Positions 33,459 to 43,632 are shown, counted from the stretch's first letter. The stretch is 64,000 nt of DNA from an uncultured Planctomycetota bacterium (GCA_963845755.1 CAWJTV010000023.1:58434-122433); one strand, 5' to 3'. Translations and numbers: made by a program. Notes: generated by a model from the letters alone, not told the origin.

Positions 33459-33918
33459 CTACTTCTTGGCCACGGTGATTTTCACCTCATTCGTGGCGTC
33501 GGCACCCTTCGTCGGATGCCCCTTGACCTTGACCGTGAAGTCACCTAGCGAAGCGTCCTTCGTGGCCTTGAGCGTGACCTTCGCCTCAGACTCACCGTGC
33601 ATGATGACCGGGTTAGCGGAGTCGAGCGTCACCCCCTTGGGACCGTCGGCGAACGTGAGAGTCACGTCCTCTTCGAAGTTCTTGCCCCGGTCGATGCCGA
33701 TCGTGACCTCTTTCGATTCTCCCTGGTGGAGTGTGGTTGACGATGTGAGGCACGCTCAGATTGAACGTGTTGTCGGCCTCTCCGTAGGCGGGTTGCCTCT
33801 GGGCCGGCTTGGTGACTCCCGGTCCCCCCGGGACGGCCTGACCGCATCCGGAGCAGGCAACCATCGTCATCATCAATAAACCCGTAAATGAACCTTTCAC
33901 CGAGAATCTCCTCTTCAT
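33459..33918 (-). CDS. hypothetical lipoprotein with Ig-like fold (frameshift near 33745)
   Basis: CSGC lipobox; beta-rich body. Confidence 0.65.
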
Positions 33919-33950
33919 GATCGTACATCCTGTGAAAAACACGCCGATCA

Positions 33951-34115
33951 TCAGAGGCCACGGGCGACGGACCCCGCGACCAGCAGTACCAGCACGATCA
34001 CCAACAGTAACCCCATGCCGCCGGTTGGGCCGTAGCCCCAATTCCGCCTGTGACGCCAAGTGGGTAAGCCGCCCATCAGCAGCACGATGAGGACGATCAG
34101 CAAGAGCAAACCCAT
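33951..34115 (-). CDS. DUF3309 family small membrane protein
   Basis: LLIVLIVLLMGGLPTWRHRRNWGYGPTGGMG. Confidence 0.85.
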   Translation of the reverse strand: MGLLLLIVLIVLLMGGLPTWRHRRNWGYGPTGGMGLLLVIVLVLLVAGSVARGL

Positions 34116-34261
34116 GGATGACTTCTCTCGGTACTCGAGAACCCTGCGGAAGCCACCGTCGTAAACGCCGCGTTCACGAAGGTCAATTCCCTGATTGAGA
34201 CAACTGCAACGGTGGGCCCGGCGACCCACCGCTGCCTCCACCGAACCCGCCGCTCGATCAG

Positions 34262-34804
34262 TTACTTGCGGTCGATCATCAGGCACTTCATGGTCGCAAC
34301 CTCGTCCAACTTCTCCACGATGGCGAGGGCGCGATCACCGATCTTGATGTTCTCGATCTTGCTGTCCTCCTTGTTGAGACGCACCTTGGCCTTGGCCATG
34401 GGGAAGCTCCAATCCTTGTCTTTGTGGTCGGTGAAGGTCACCTGCTTCTTGTCGGCGTCGTAGTTCTTGATAGTGCCGTTAACCAACGTACAGTCCTTGG
34501 TGTCACCTTCCTGGACCAGGACGTAATGCGCCGTCCACGTCAACAATCCCTTGTCATAACAAACGTTGACCGGATCGCCCGCCTTCAGGTCGCTCTGGCT
34601 CTCCTTGCCGCCACGGTTGATGACAACGGTATCGCCGATCTTGAACGTCCAGTCCTTGCCTTCGCTATCGGTCAGGACGAACTCCTTCTTCTCGGCGATG
34701 ACTCCCTTGACCTTACCGGCAGCGATGGCGTCTGCGGCCACCGTCGGACCGGCCAATAGAACAAACGCCACCATCGCACACAAACTCTGCGTGAAAACCT
34801 TCAT
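34262..34804 (-). CDS. hypothetical secreted protein with two OB-fold-like repeats
   Basis: Signal peptide; duplicated GxxK..DxDKK..TD..xKDWxF unit. Confidence 0.7.
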   Translation of the reverse strand: MKVFTQSLCAMVAFVLLAGPTVAADAIAAGKVKGVIAEKKEFVLTDSEGKDWTFKIGDTVVINRGGKESQSDLKAGDPVNVCYDKGLLTWTAHYVLVQEGDTKDCTLVNGTIKNYDADKKQVTFTDHKDKDWSFPMAKAKVRLNKEDSKIENIKIGDRALAIVEKLDEVATMKCLMIDRK

Positions 34805-34836
34805 GATGTAACTCCGTTGTTGAACCTTTTTCCCGA

Positions 34837-35100
34837 TCATCCTTCACCATGAAGGACCGGGTCCGCATCCGACCCACGCTGGATCGATGTTGCCTGAGAA
34901 AGAAAGAACCGGAGACTCCGGCCCCCCGGCCGAGCTGTTCGCCAGGACCATCTCGGATGGCGGTGCGACCCCATGCGCAGTGCCACCGACGCATGCTTAC
35001 GGTGAACCACCATCATCGATTGGGTCACTCGAGCCACTTTTCTCTCCCGCAATCCCCGTGCCCCTTGAGGGTCCTGGTGAATCACGATCAAATTGGGCAT
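34837..35100 (-). CDS. hypothetical or degraded ORF
   Basis: ATG about 55 nt after leader copy 1; no recognisable motif. Confidence 0.25.
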   Translation of the reverse strand: MPNLIVIHQDPQGARGLRERKVARVTQSMMVVHRKHASVALRMGSHRHPRWSWRTARPGGRSLRFFLSQATSIQRGSDADPVLHGEG

Positions 35101-35153
35101 CTTCTTCGGATTGGTCGCGGGTGATGGCAGATGGCCCCGCGCCGTCACAAACG

Positions 35154-35379
35154 AAAAAAGCCGACGTGGCCGATCATCCTGTGATGTTCGGCCACGTCGG
35201 CTTACTCAGCAACGAGCCCCCCGATTCAGTCGGGTTGCCCTTCATCTAGTCGTCCGACGGCATTCACTCGAATTCCTGAGAACCGACTGCCGGTCTGCAC
35301 CAGCTCGATTCGCGACCTTGATTGTACACTGAGCGAGCCGAAAAAAGCAAGTGAAATATCTTCCGCATTTTGGTATGTT
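35154..35379 (-). ncRNA. conserved leader/attenuator module copy 1 (terminator, structured leader, divergent promoters)
   Basis: 16-bp stem AAGCCGACGTGGCCGA/TCGGCCACGTCGGCTT plus T-tract; core GTCGGACGACTAG..AAGGGCAACCCG; TTGCTT-18-TACAAT (minus) and GTGAAA-17-TATGTT (plus). Confidence 0.8.
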
Positions 35380-35483
35380 GGTTTTCCGTTGGTCTCAGCG
35401 TTGGAGACCAGGGCTCGGTCGTGGTGGACGCGATCTTCCTCGGCGGTCACTCGGTCCGGGAGTGACGAGCGAGCGAGGTCACC

Positions 35484-35864
35484 ATGAAAACGCAGGGGGA
35501 AATCGAAGCTACGATCTGCCTAGGGATGAGTCGTTTCGAGCGGGAATACATGGGCCGGGGACCCAAGGTCATCCGCGCGTACTCGATCGGCGATCTGCTC
35601 GTGGTCCGTCTCCAGGGCGTCCTGACCGCGGCGGAACAGCATCTGGCCAAGTCGCTGCCGGCCGAGAAGGGAAGAGACTTGCTCAAGCAAGTTCGGACCC
35701 ACCTCCTCGAAACGGCGCGGCCGCACCTGGAGGCAATGGTCCAGGACGTCACCGGCGTCCACGTCCGGAGTCTGCACCACGACATCAGCACCACCACCGG
35801 TGAAGAAGTCGTATTGTTCACCCTCTCCGGGCCGGTGCCGGTACGCGAGATAAGGAAGTGGTAG
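35484..35864 (+). CDS. DUF2294 (MpsC-like) protein
   Basis: FEREYMGRGPK, LQGVLTAAEQHL, GRDLLKQVR, SLHHDISTTTGEEVVLFTL. Confidence 0.9.
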   Translation: MKTQGEIEATICLGMSRFEREYMGRGPKVIRAYSIGDLLVVRLQGVLTAAEQHLAKSLPAEKGRDLLKQVRTHLLETARPHLEAMVQDVTGVHVRSLHHDISTTTGEEVVLFTLSGPVPVREIRKW

Positions 35865-35926
35865 GCCGCTGACATCAAGGATCTTCATCATCAAGCGGCT
35901 CTGAACCCCGTGGGCGGCGGCGGCGT

Positions 35927-37906
35927 TCACCCGTTCGCCGCGACCCGTTCTCGTGACAACCGGCCCGGAATCGGTTCGACGGGCGGATCGGGCGGATGTG
36001 ATGGGTCGATTATCCCGGACGAGAGACGGTCCTCGTCTGCTCGCTGACCGGGTCGGGCGAGATGCTCCAACGGGTCCCGAGCCTCGGCGACCGCCGTCAT
36101 CGCCGTCGCCGCCATCACCTGAACCGCGGAAGCGGCCCTGGCCAGGATCTGGTCGCGGGCATCGGCCAGCGTGAAGGCGACGTGCGTGGCCCCGACTCCG
36201 GTGAGCCCCTCGGACGACGCGTCGCTGCCGGCCTCCCCCCACCGCCCCACCAGGATCGCCAGCCCTGCGAACCGCGCCCTGAGCCGCCGGACCTGGTAGC
36301 GGGCCTTCGCCAGTGCCTCGGGAGGCAGGTGCGACAGGATGACCATCGCCGGGGACACTTCCGCCATCCGTTCGGCAAGCTGCATCGGCGAGCCGGCGCC
36401 CTCGAGATTGACGAGTGTGCACTTCGAGGAGGCGAGGATCTGTCCCAGCATCCGTAGCGTCAGGGCGTCGGAGGTGCCGCTCGCCGCCACGCCCGCAACC
36501 TCGAACGCCGGCGACCCCAGTGTACCATCGGCTAGCCCCGGCTCTTCTTCGCCAGAGCGGGCCGAGATCTTCAGGCTGATATCTTCCGTCCCTTCCAGGT
36601 CATCGAGGATCTCACCGATGACTCGCCGGATGAAGGCCATGTCGCTCTCCTCCAGCTCTCCCCGCGCCGCGTCGCGCCGGGCACGCGATAGGGCCGGGAC
36701 CAGGATGTGATCGAAGACCTCGGCACGCGGGCGTTCCTTCAGGGCGGCGTTGACGACCGCGGTAGCCCCATCCTGGTCGAGCGAGACGAGCCGCTGGTAA
36801 AACCTGATGTTTTGGTCCAGCTCGGCTTCCTCGCCCAGGAGCGTCGCGAAGAAGCCCAGGCTCGGAACGTACTTGCCGAGAACCGCCAGGCAGAGTGTCA
36901 TCGGCGTTGACAGCAGGGTGCCGAGCAGCCCCCAGAGCCACGTCCAGAACGCCGCCGCGACCAGGAGTCCAAGGGCCGACACCCCGGTGGTCTTGCCATA
37001 GATGACCGGCTCCAGATAGGTCAGCGCCACCTCGACCGCCCCGAAGAATGCGGCCACTACGAGCGGCTGCCTCCAGCCGGGGAAGTACGCGATCGAGAAG
37101 ATCAGCGGCAGAAGCAACGCGACTGCCGCCCCGACATAGGGGATGAACCGCATCATCGCCGCCAGGCATCCCCAGAGCACCGCGTAAGGCACGCCGATCG
37201 CCCAGAGGCCCAGGCCGACGATGAGCCCGAACCCCGAGTTGACCATCGTGATCATCGCCAGGTAGCGGCTGATCCGCTGGCCGATCTCGCCCATGGTCCG
37301 GGTCGTGAGGTTGATCTGGCGCTGGCCGAAGAGTTGGACGATCCGGTCTCCCAGCTCCGCCCGGTTCATGAGCATGAACAGGACCAGGATGAGCACGAAA
37401 ATACCCACGCCCATGAACTCCAGGTAGGGCCCCACGGCTCCCTGGAGGCGCTGCCGGAACGTGGGCTCCTCGACGACCCGCACGTCCATCGCATCGTGCC
37501 CCGCGACGACCGGCTGGTCGAGCGACTTGGACAAGTCACCGGCGACTTTCTGCGCCCGACGGATCGCAGTGTCCTCTGAGGGCTTCAGGAAGTTCACCTT
37601 CTTCTGGATTTCCTTCTGATAGTCCGGTAGTCGGTAGGCTAGCGTGGAAAGCTGCCGAACGACGACGTAGCCGATCCCGCACAGGGACCCGAGCGCGAGG
37701 GCGACCGTGAGGATGACCGCGGCGGCCCGCGGCACCCGACGCCGCTCCAAGAATTCCGCAAGCGGCGCCAGTGCGAAGCTGAGGAGAACCGCCAAAGCCA
37801 AGGGCTTGAGCACCTCGGCCGCGAGCGACATCGCGGCGATGACCGCCAGGATGAGGAAGGTCACGACGGCCGGATGATCCATCGGGGACTTGCGTTGAGT
37901 AGCCAC
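35927..37906 (-). CDS. AI-2E family transporter with C-terminal B12-binding-like domain
   Basis: PLALAVLLSFALAP, RFIPYVG, EPVIYGKTTGVS, FWTWLWG...STP. Confidence 0.88.
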   Translation of the reverse strand: MATQRKSPMDHPAVVTFLILAVIAAMSLAAEVLKPLALAVLLSFALAPLAEFLERRRVPRAAAVILTVALALGSLCGIGYVVVRQLSTLAYRLPDYQKEIQKKVNFLKPSEDTAIRRAQKVAGDLSKSLDQPVVAGHDAMDVRVVEEPTFRQRLQGAVGPYLEFMGVGIFVLILVLFMLMNRAELGDRIVQLFGQRQINLTTRTMGEIGQRISRYLAMITMVNSGFGLIVGLGLWAIGVPYAVLWGCLAAMMRFIPYVGAAVALLLPLIFSIAYFPGWRQPLVVAAFFGAVEVALTYLEPVIYGKTTGVSALGLLVAAAFWTWLWGLLGTLLSTPMTLCLAVLGKYVPSLGFFATLLGEEAELDQNIRFYQRLVSLDQDGATAVVNAALKERPRAEVFDHILVPALSRARRDAARGELEESDMAFIRRVIGEILDDLEGTEDISLKISARSGEEEPGLADGTLGSPAFEVAGVAASGTSDALTLRMLGQILASSKCTLVNLEGAGSPMQLAERMAEVSPAMVILSHLPPEALAKARYQVRRLRARFAGLAILVGRWGEAGSDASSEGLTGVGATHVAFTLADARDQILARAASAVQVMAATAMTAVAEARDPLEHLARPGQRADEDRLSSGIIDPSHPPDPPVEPIPGRLSRERVAANG

Positions 37907-37980
37907 GTTGGCGTTCCTGTACGGGTGAACGTCAGGCGGATCGCTCAGGAAGCGTCTGCATGGGAGCCGTCAGGCAGGAC

Positions 37981-38370
37981 TCAACGGGCTCGGATCGCCA
38001 GCCCAGTGATCAGCCCGACCACCAGGCCGATACCGAAGGCCGCGAACGCCCTCTCCATCGTCTGGCGTCGGACCAGATCCTCGGCATTGTCGTAGCGTTC
38101 ACGGATCTGGTCGCTCACCTGGTGTGCGTAGCGGCTGCCGGCCCCGGCCGCTTGCGCGACAGCCGATGAACCGCGCGAGTTCATCTGAGAGAAGAATTTC
38201 TCGATCGCCTCACGCCCCTCGCCGGTCTTCTGCTGGATCCGGGAGAAGAGCTGCTCGATGTCCCCCTCTTGCATTCGGAGGTCGTCCTCGGTCAGTTGAT
38301 TCCAGCGCTGTTTTGCCAGACTGCAGAGGTGATTCCACTCTCCTTGAAATGTCTGCACGTTGATTGCCAT
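37981..38370 (-). CDS. CsbD family protein
   Basis: GEWNHL...WNQLTEDDL...IQQKTGE; C-terminal TM anchor. Confidence 0.85.
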   Translation of the reverse strand: MAINVQTFQGEWNHLCSLAKQRWNQLTEDDLRMQEGDIEQLFSRIQQKTGEGREAIEKFFSQMNSRGSSAVAQAAGAGSRYAHQVSDQIRERYDNAEDLVRRQTMERAFAAFGIGLVVGLITGLAIRAR

Positions 38371-38485
38371 GGTCCTTGGACTCCTCGTTGCCGGATCGGT
38401 CGGTGCGATTCTGGCTCCCCCTGGTGGATATCGGTTCAATCTCAATGAGCCGTCGGCAATGCCCGCGACCTGCGTGCGGCAATGA

Positions 38486-38959
38486 TCACGAACGACGCCG
38501 CGGGTGCATGCGTGCGCTGGCGCTGGTAACAAGGACGGTCCGGACCCAAGCCAGGTTGAGCCACAGTTGCTTGCGCGAGCGGCGGAAGCTGTCGAAGCTG
38601 CGACTGAGCTGCCTCCCGCCCAACCCCGCCAACAGTCCCCCGAGGGCCATCGCCGCTCCGGCCGTCAGGAGCATCGCCCAACCCTGGTGAATCTTCAGTG
38701 CGGAGGCGAGCAGCCAGCCGGCGCCGAGGAGAGCCACCGGGACGCTGGCCACCACCCCGGTGAGGCCCATCACGGTCAGGACGATCGGGAACGTTAACTT
38801 GCGGGCGGAATCCTTGAAGTTGACGGCCGCGAGCTTGGCCTGGAGTTCGGCCAGGGACGCGAGGTCGTCGACGAACTCGGCGACCCCCTCGTATTCCGCC
38901 GAACTGGGACCGGGCACACGCGCTGTCCCGCGACCGTTCACGGACGCTTGATCAACCAT
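38486..38959 (-). CDS. phage holin family / YqjE-like membrane protein
   Basis: DLASLAELQAKLA followed by two TM helices. Confidence 0.75.
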   Translation of the reverse strand: MVDQASVNGRGTARVPGPSSAEYEGVAEFVDDLASLAELQAKLAAVNFKDSARKLTFPIVLTVMGLTGVVASVPVALLGAGWLLASALKIHQGWAMLLTAGAAMALGGLLAGLGGRQLSRSFDSFRRSRKQLWLNLAWVRTVLVTSASARMHPRRRS

Positions 38960-39150
38960 CCCAGGACGACTCCTATGCAAAGCGCGATACCCAGAGCCTT
39001 CACGGGTTCTCTGACCACAAAGTCGCCCAGCTTTGCTCTCCCCTCGGCCAGCCGCTCACGGGCGACCGCCACGTCCTGGCGCGCCATGGCCCTGATGTCT
39101 TCTAGTTGGGGAGTAAACTCCGCCCTCATGCTTTGAACGCGGTCATCCAT
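38938..39150 (-). CDS. DUF883/ElaB-like tail-anchored protein
   Basis: FVVREPVKALGIALCIGVVLGWLIKR. Confidence 0.8.
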   Translation of the reverse strand: MDDRVQSMRAEFTPQLEDIRAMARQDVAVARERLAEGRAKLGDFVVREPVKALGIALCIGVVLGWLIKRP

Positions 39151-39237
39151 TGTCCTGACCTCCAAGAAGTTGGTTTCGATCGGAGCCGCGGCTCCGACTC
39201 AATGTTTCGAACACGGCCTCCGGCCGCAACCCGATCG

Positions 39238-39316
39238 GGATTCGAGACTCAAGATTCAAAATCCAACATGGGGAGTGATTCGGGAATCTGGAATGTGGAA
39301 TCAGGAATCTCGAATC
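39238..39316. repeat. heptamer tandem repeats in opposite-polarity arms
   Basis: GATTCGA/GATTCAA units, then GGAATCT/GGAATGT/GGAATCA units. Confidence 0.6.
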
Positions 39317-39360
39317 GCCAAGATGTGCGGCACGACGGAGGGATCCTTCGGAGGAAGACT

Positions 39361-39832
39361 CTACTGATCCACCCGACCCATCCAGCCGCCCCGATCTCCG
39401 GCCGACAGCGAGAGTAGGCCGGTCCACGGTCCTCGTCGGGTATTGTTGTTCGAGCCAATGCAGCAGACAATTCTGGCCCGCGCGGGCGGCCACGGGGAAC
39501 AAGATGCCCCAGGCGGCGAGCAGGAGATTCTGGCCGATCCTCCATCGTTGTTGACCCTTGGCCCTGACTCCCGCGACCGGTTCACCAGCCTCTGCCCCAT
39601 CGGCCGGGCTGGCCATGTCGGCCCTGAACTCCGGATGACCGCTGGTGTAGATCAGGTAGCCGACAGCGGCCGCCCCGCCCAGGGCGATCCAGGGATACGT
39701 CCAGGTGTACCGTCCCCAGTCCATTACCGCCTCGGCGCCGGCGACGGATTCGCTCACGTTCGTATGAAGCTCGCGGCGGATCACCGCCATCCGATGGTAG
39801 ATCTCATCGACGTCATGCGATTCCGTGACCAC
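39361..39832 (-). CDS. hypothetical membrane protein (DUF3618-like; 3' end uncertain)
   Basis: EIYHRMAVIRREL...YPWIALGGAAAVGY, in the holin/ElaB operon. Confidence 0.6.
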
Positions 39833-40057
39833 GGTTCTCTCCCGGCAGTTTCCCAGAATCTACCCCGAATCTCACGCGAAAAACGGAGCCAACATCGTAC
39901 GGCTCCCTGGCTCCTGGATCGGCCGGCGCCAGAACCGGCTACTCGCGTGGACGTCGATGCACCCGAGGAGCCCGCATCGCTATCCACGCGTCGTTTGAAA
40001 TCGGGCATGGCCGGTGAAACCGCCCCCCTGATCAGGAGGGCGGTTGGTGTAACGTTC

Positions 40058-40273
40058 TCACCTGTCGGACTTGCCGGTCTGGCCCGCAGAGTTCGGCGGC
40101 GGGTTATCGCCGGTCGATTTGACCTTGGTCTCCGTGCTCGTGGTGGTCGACCCACCTGGCGTCGTGATCGTTTCCGTCTTCCCCGTCTTCGACTCCTCAC
40201 CGCAGCCCACCAGGCCGACGGCGAGGAACAAGAAAAGACCGAGAATCAGCACTGATAACAGAGTTCGTTTCAT
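40058..40273 (-). CDS. small Thr-rich lipoprotein
   Basis: MKRTLL...LVGC lipobox. Confidence 0.75.
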   Translation of the reverse strand: MKRTLLSVLILGLFLFLAVGLVGCGEESKTGKTETITTPGGSTTTSTETKVKSTGDNPPPNSAGQTGKSDR

Positions 40274-40357
40274 AGGTTTCTCTCTCCTGACGCAACAAAT
40301 CATGGAATCATTGGTGTCTAGGCGGTCTCACGATGAGCTTGCCCACCCCAACGAACA

Positions 40358-40528
40358 TCAAACAACCGGCCCAGTCCTCCGGCCGAAGACCAGCGAGAGC
40401 ACGAACAGGACGACGAAAACCAGGACCAGGGCCTTGGCGATCCAGGCGAGCGTGCCACTGAGCGCCACGAAGCCGAGGAGGCCGGAGACCAGGGCGAGAA
40501 CCGCGAACACGATGGCGTAGTAGAGCAT
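40358..40528 (-). CDS. DUF1328 family small membrane protein
   Basis: MLYYAIVFAVLALVSGLLGF...AWIAK. Confidence 0.9.
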   Translation of the reverse strand: MLYYAIVFAVLALVSGLLGFVALSGTLAWIAKALVLVFVVLFVLSLVFGRRTGPVV

Positions 40529-40808
40529 CGGACAACTTCCTTCATCGAACGGGGACGAATCTCGCCGCGGACGAGGGCCACTCCCCCCACCTGGCAACGA
40601 GAACGATATGGATTCGTGAGACAAGCGCGTCGAGCCGGTTTCAGCCGCGAGACCGCGGAGAAACCGTTGAACGACCGCGAATCGATTGCCAGTACTGGGC
40701 TTCCTATGCGAATGTTCTCTCTCGGGTTCTCCATCGAGAGCGCGGTCGATCCAGGTCGCCGTGTCGGGATGGGTGTGGCCGTCACGGCCAGACCCGATCC
40801 AACTCCCT

Positions 40809-40967
40809 TCAGACGCGCCCCATCAGCACGAGGACCAGCACGATCACCAACAACAACCCCAAGCCGCCGCTCGGGCCATAGCCCCAGTTCCGGCTATAGT
40901 CCCAGCGCGGAAAGGCGCCCAAGAGGAGCAGGATCAAGACAATCAGCAAGATCATACCGAGACTCAT
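40809..40967 (-). CDS. DUF3309 family small membrane protein (not in ORF track)
   Basis: Translates MSLGMILLIVLILLLLGAFPRWDYSRNWGYGPSGGLGLLLVIVLVLVLMGRV*. Confidence 0.88.
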   Translation of the reverse strand: MSLGMILLIVLILLLLGAFPRWDYSRNWGYGPSGGLGLLLVIVLVLVLMGRV

Positions 40968-41136
40968 GGATGACCCCTTTCGATGGTCTGAGAACTCGTG
41001 GAGGCCGCGGCCTTGAACGCCTCGGCAAGCGGCACTATTGACTCGCGGAGACGCATCTGGGCGTCAAAGTCTGGTTGTGTGTCTACTGGGTGTCCCTCTC
41101 GTGAGAGCGACTGCCCGGTGTCAGCGCAAGCGAAAC

Positions 41137-41361
41137 AAAAAAGCCGACGTGGTGGAACACCCTTAGGTATTCGACCGCGTCGGCTTACTCGTCAACGAGC
41201 CCCCCGGCCAAGCCGGGTTGCCCTTTATCTAGTCGTCCGACAATTCTGATTCAGGCTTTCATCAGAGCCGAATGTGAGTTCACACTGGCTCCGTCACTAC
41301 TGTCATTGTCCCACACGAGATGGGAAATTCAAGTGAATTTCCTTCCGATTTATTGTATCAT
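41137..41361 (-). ncRNA. conserved leader/attenuator module copy 2
   Basis: Same terminator and core; TTGAAT-16-GACAAT (minus), GTGAAT-17-TATCAT (plus). Confidence 0.8.
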
Positions 41362-41572
41362 ATATCGGTGAGATCCTCGCCCGGATCAGGCCGAACCCGA
41401 CAGAATCGTCCCTTGAAGGTGAAGGTCCGGGCCTGTAGAGATGCGGCGGAAATCGACGGAAGAGTGAAAGCCCCCGTCCCCCCCACCGTCGATAAGATAA
41501 CATAAGTTCTCAAGATTTGAACACTTATCTAATCGAAGGCGGGACGACCTCGTTTCTTGGAGGCAAGGGCGT

Positions 41573-41713
41573 TCAGCGGCCGACGTCCTTGATCTTCTCG
41601 CCGACATTGTGCACCACATCCTTGGTCTTTTCGCCGACGTTGTGGGCGGCGTCCTTGACTTTCTCAGCCGTGTCGCGAATTCCATCCTTCACCTTGTCAC
41701 TCGCGTTCGACAT
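41573..41713 (-). CDS. small LEA-like protein (11-mer repeats)
   Basis: MSNASDKVKDGIRDTAEKVKDAAHNVGEKTKDVVHNVGEKIKDVGR; AGGAG RBS. Confidence 0.75.
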   Translation of the reverse strand: MSNASDKVKDGIRDTAEKVKDAAHNVGEKTKDVVHNVGEKIKDVGR

Positions 41714-42058
41714 GATCTGGCTCCTGCTTTGATGGTGGGAATCATGAAAAGCCCTCCTGCGCGAATCCTCCCGCAGCAGGGCCACCGTGACCTTCAACTC
41801 CCCACCCCATCAAAAGTGGGAGAACTGAGGCTTCATTAGAAATCATACGACTCCAGATGTCAATAGATCTTTTTATATTTTCCGCGAGGTTCTCCCATGT
41901 CATGCGGCCAGGCCGAGCCGCCTCTCCACATTTGCCCGAATCTCCCTCTCGGGCAGTGCACGAACTGCCGCTTCCTGGGCACGCGCGTCGTCAGCGGCCC
42001 GGCCCGCATGCGGGTCGTCCGCACAGGTTGGGGCCCCGACTTCGGCCGGACCTCCGGG

Positions 42059-43483
42059 TCACTCCCGCTCCGGCCGCCGGAGACCGGGTTCGAGCAAGGC
42101 ATCCGCCGCTTCGGCAACCCGCACGACCCTCGCCCCGAATGCCTGCACTTCAATGGCCGCATCGCTTCCGGCAGGTTTGGTGACCTCGCCACCGATCAGG
42201 TCGTCAAGCCGGCAGGAACGCCAGGTATGATCGCCGATCGGCATTGCGAACGTCTTCGGCTTGTCCGAGCCGTTGAGCACCACCAAGATGCGGTCGTGGC
42301 CCAGAGTGCGCAGGAACACATACATCGCATCACGTGAGAAAACCTCGGCGAAGTTCCCGCGGCGCAGGGCGGGCTCGCGCTTGCGGAGAGCGATGAGCGC
42401 CTTCACGTCCTTCAAGAACGAAGAGTCCTGGCGATCGGCCGGGAACGCCGCGCCCACGTCGTGGCAGGCGATTCCCAGCTCATTTCCGGCATAGAGCAGG
42501 GGGACTCGATCCAGCATAAGTTGGTATGCCAGCGCAAGCTTGGTTCGCTTTGTCTTCGGCTCCTTCGCGATCGAGACGAACGCGCTTTCGTAATTGTCGA
42601 TCGGTGCCATCATGGCTCGCGGAGAGGGATAGAACTGCTGTGCTTCCTTGGCGATAAACGAGAGCTTGCCGACGGCTTCATCTTTACCGAAGACGTCGCG
42701 GACGGTCATGGCACTGAAGTCGTAGGCACCGTCAAAACCGGCTTCAGTCACGAACGCGCCAATCTTTCTCGGAGTGATCGTGAGCTCGGGCAAGAGCAAG
42801 AAATCCTTCTGTGGAGGTGCCGATTTCAGCTCGGTAACGAAGCGTTTCCAGAAGGAAACGGGTTGAAGATGAGCGGAATCGATGCGGAAGCCGTCGCAGC
42901 CCGACCGCTCCTTCCAGCGCTTGCAGACACCGATCAAGTAGTCCGCAACCTCGGGATTCTCGACCTTCCAGCGGCGAGCACCGTATTCGGTCGGAGCGGC
43001 GAACCAATCACGCTTCGCTGGCTCCACCAGGAACGGGTGCTCAAACCCGGGCATCGCGAGAGGCATGTCGAGAATGACGTGCAGATGGCGCGCGTGGGCC
43101 GCGTCCACGAGCGCACGTAGGGTCGCGTTGTCGCCAAAATTCTTATCGACGTGCTCATAATCTTTTGGGCGATAGCCGGTTGGCAGGAACTTGCCGATCG
43201 GACTCTCGTCATTTTGCATGACGGGGTAGAGCAAGAGCGCGGTGACGCCCAGGTCCGTCAGGTCATCGAGCTTGGCGATCACACCCTTCAGGTCGCCTCC
43301 CCAAAATCCACCGTCGAAGCGTTCGCGCTCGCCGACAAATCGGGCGCGCATGATGTCATTCGCGGGGTCTCCATTGAAAAACTTCTCGATGATGACCACA
43401 TAGACGATTTCGTCCTCCCAGTGGCGTGCGTCGCCGCTCGCGAGAGGTAAGGCTAGAGTGGTGAACAATGCGACGGACATCAC
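42059..43483 (-). CDS. GH13 alpha-amylase-like protein (atypical)
   Basis: FFNGDPAND, GGDLKGV, DGFRID, LYAGNELG, LRKREPALRRG. Confidence 0.85.
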   Translation of the reverse strand: MMSVALFTTLALPLASGDARHWEDEIVYVVIIEKFFNGDPANDIMRARFVGERERFDGGFWGGDLKGVIAKLDDLTDLGVTALLLYPVMQNDESPIGKFLPTGYRPKDYEHVDKNFGDNATLRALVDAAHARHLHVILDMPLAMPGFEHPFLVEPAKRDWFAAPTEYGARRWKVENPEVADYLIGVCKRWKERSGCDGFRIDSAHLQPVSFWKRFVTELKSAPPQKDFLLLPELTITPRKIGAFVTEAGFDGAYDFSAMTVRDVFGKDEAVGKLSFIAKEAQQFYPSPRAMMAPIDNYESAFVSIAKEPKTKRTKLALAYQLMLDRVPLLYAGNELGIACHDVGAAFPADRQDSSFLKDVKALIALRKREPALRRGNFAEVFSRDAMYVFLRTLGHDRILVVLNGSDKPKTFAMPIGDHTWRSCRLDDLIGGEVTKPAGSDAAIEVQAFGARVVRVAEAADALLEPGLRRPERE

Positions 43484-43632
43484 AAATCCTCCTGTCCTGA
43501 TCTTAACAGTCGTGATCCCAAAATGAGGTCATTCGGAAGTCTACCGTGGATGAGCGTGTCGGGGTCTTCGAATCCGAGAGGTTGGTACGGGGATTGCGTG
43601 TTACTGGCCATAAGACTAACCCGGGAGCACCT

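Noticed and set aside
34887..35249. Plus-strand ORFs ending KKADV...HVGLL.NEPP...GLPFI in several copies
   Set aside because: Translation shadow of the conserved non-coding repeat; N-termini are unrelated and frames vary.
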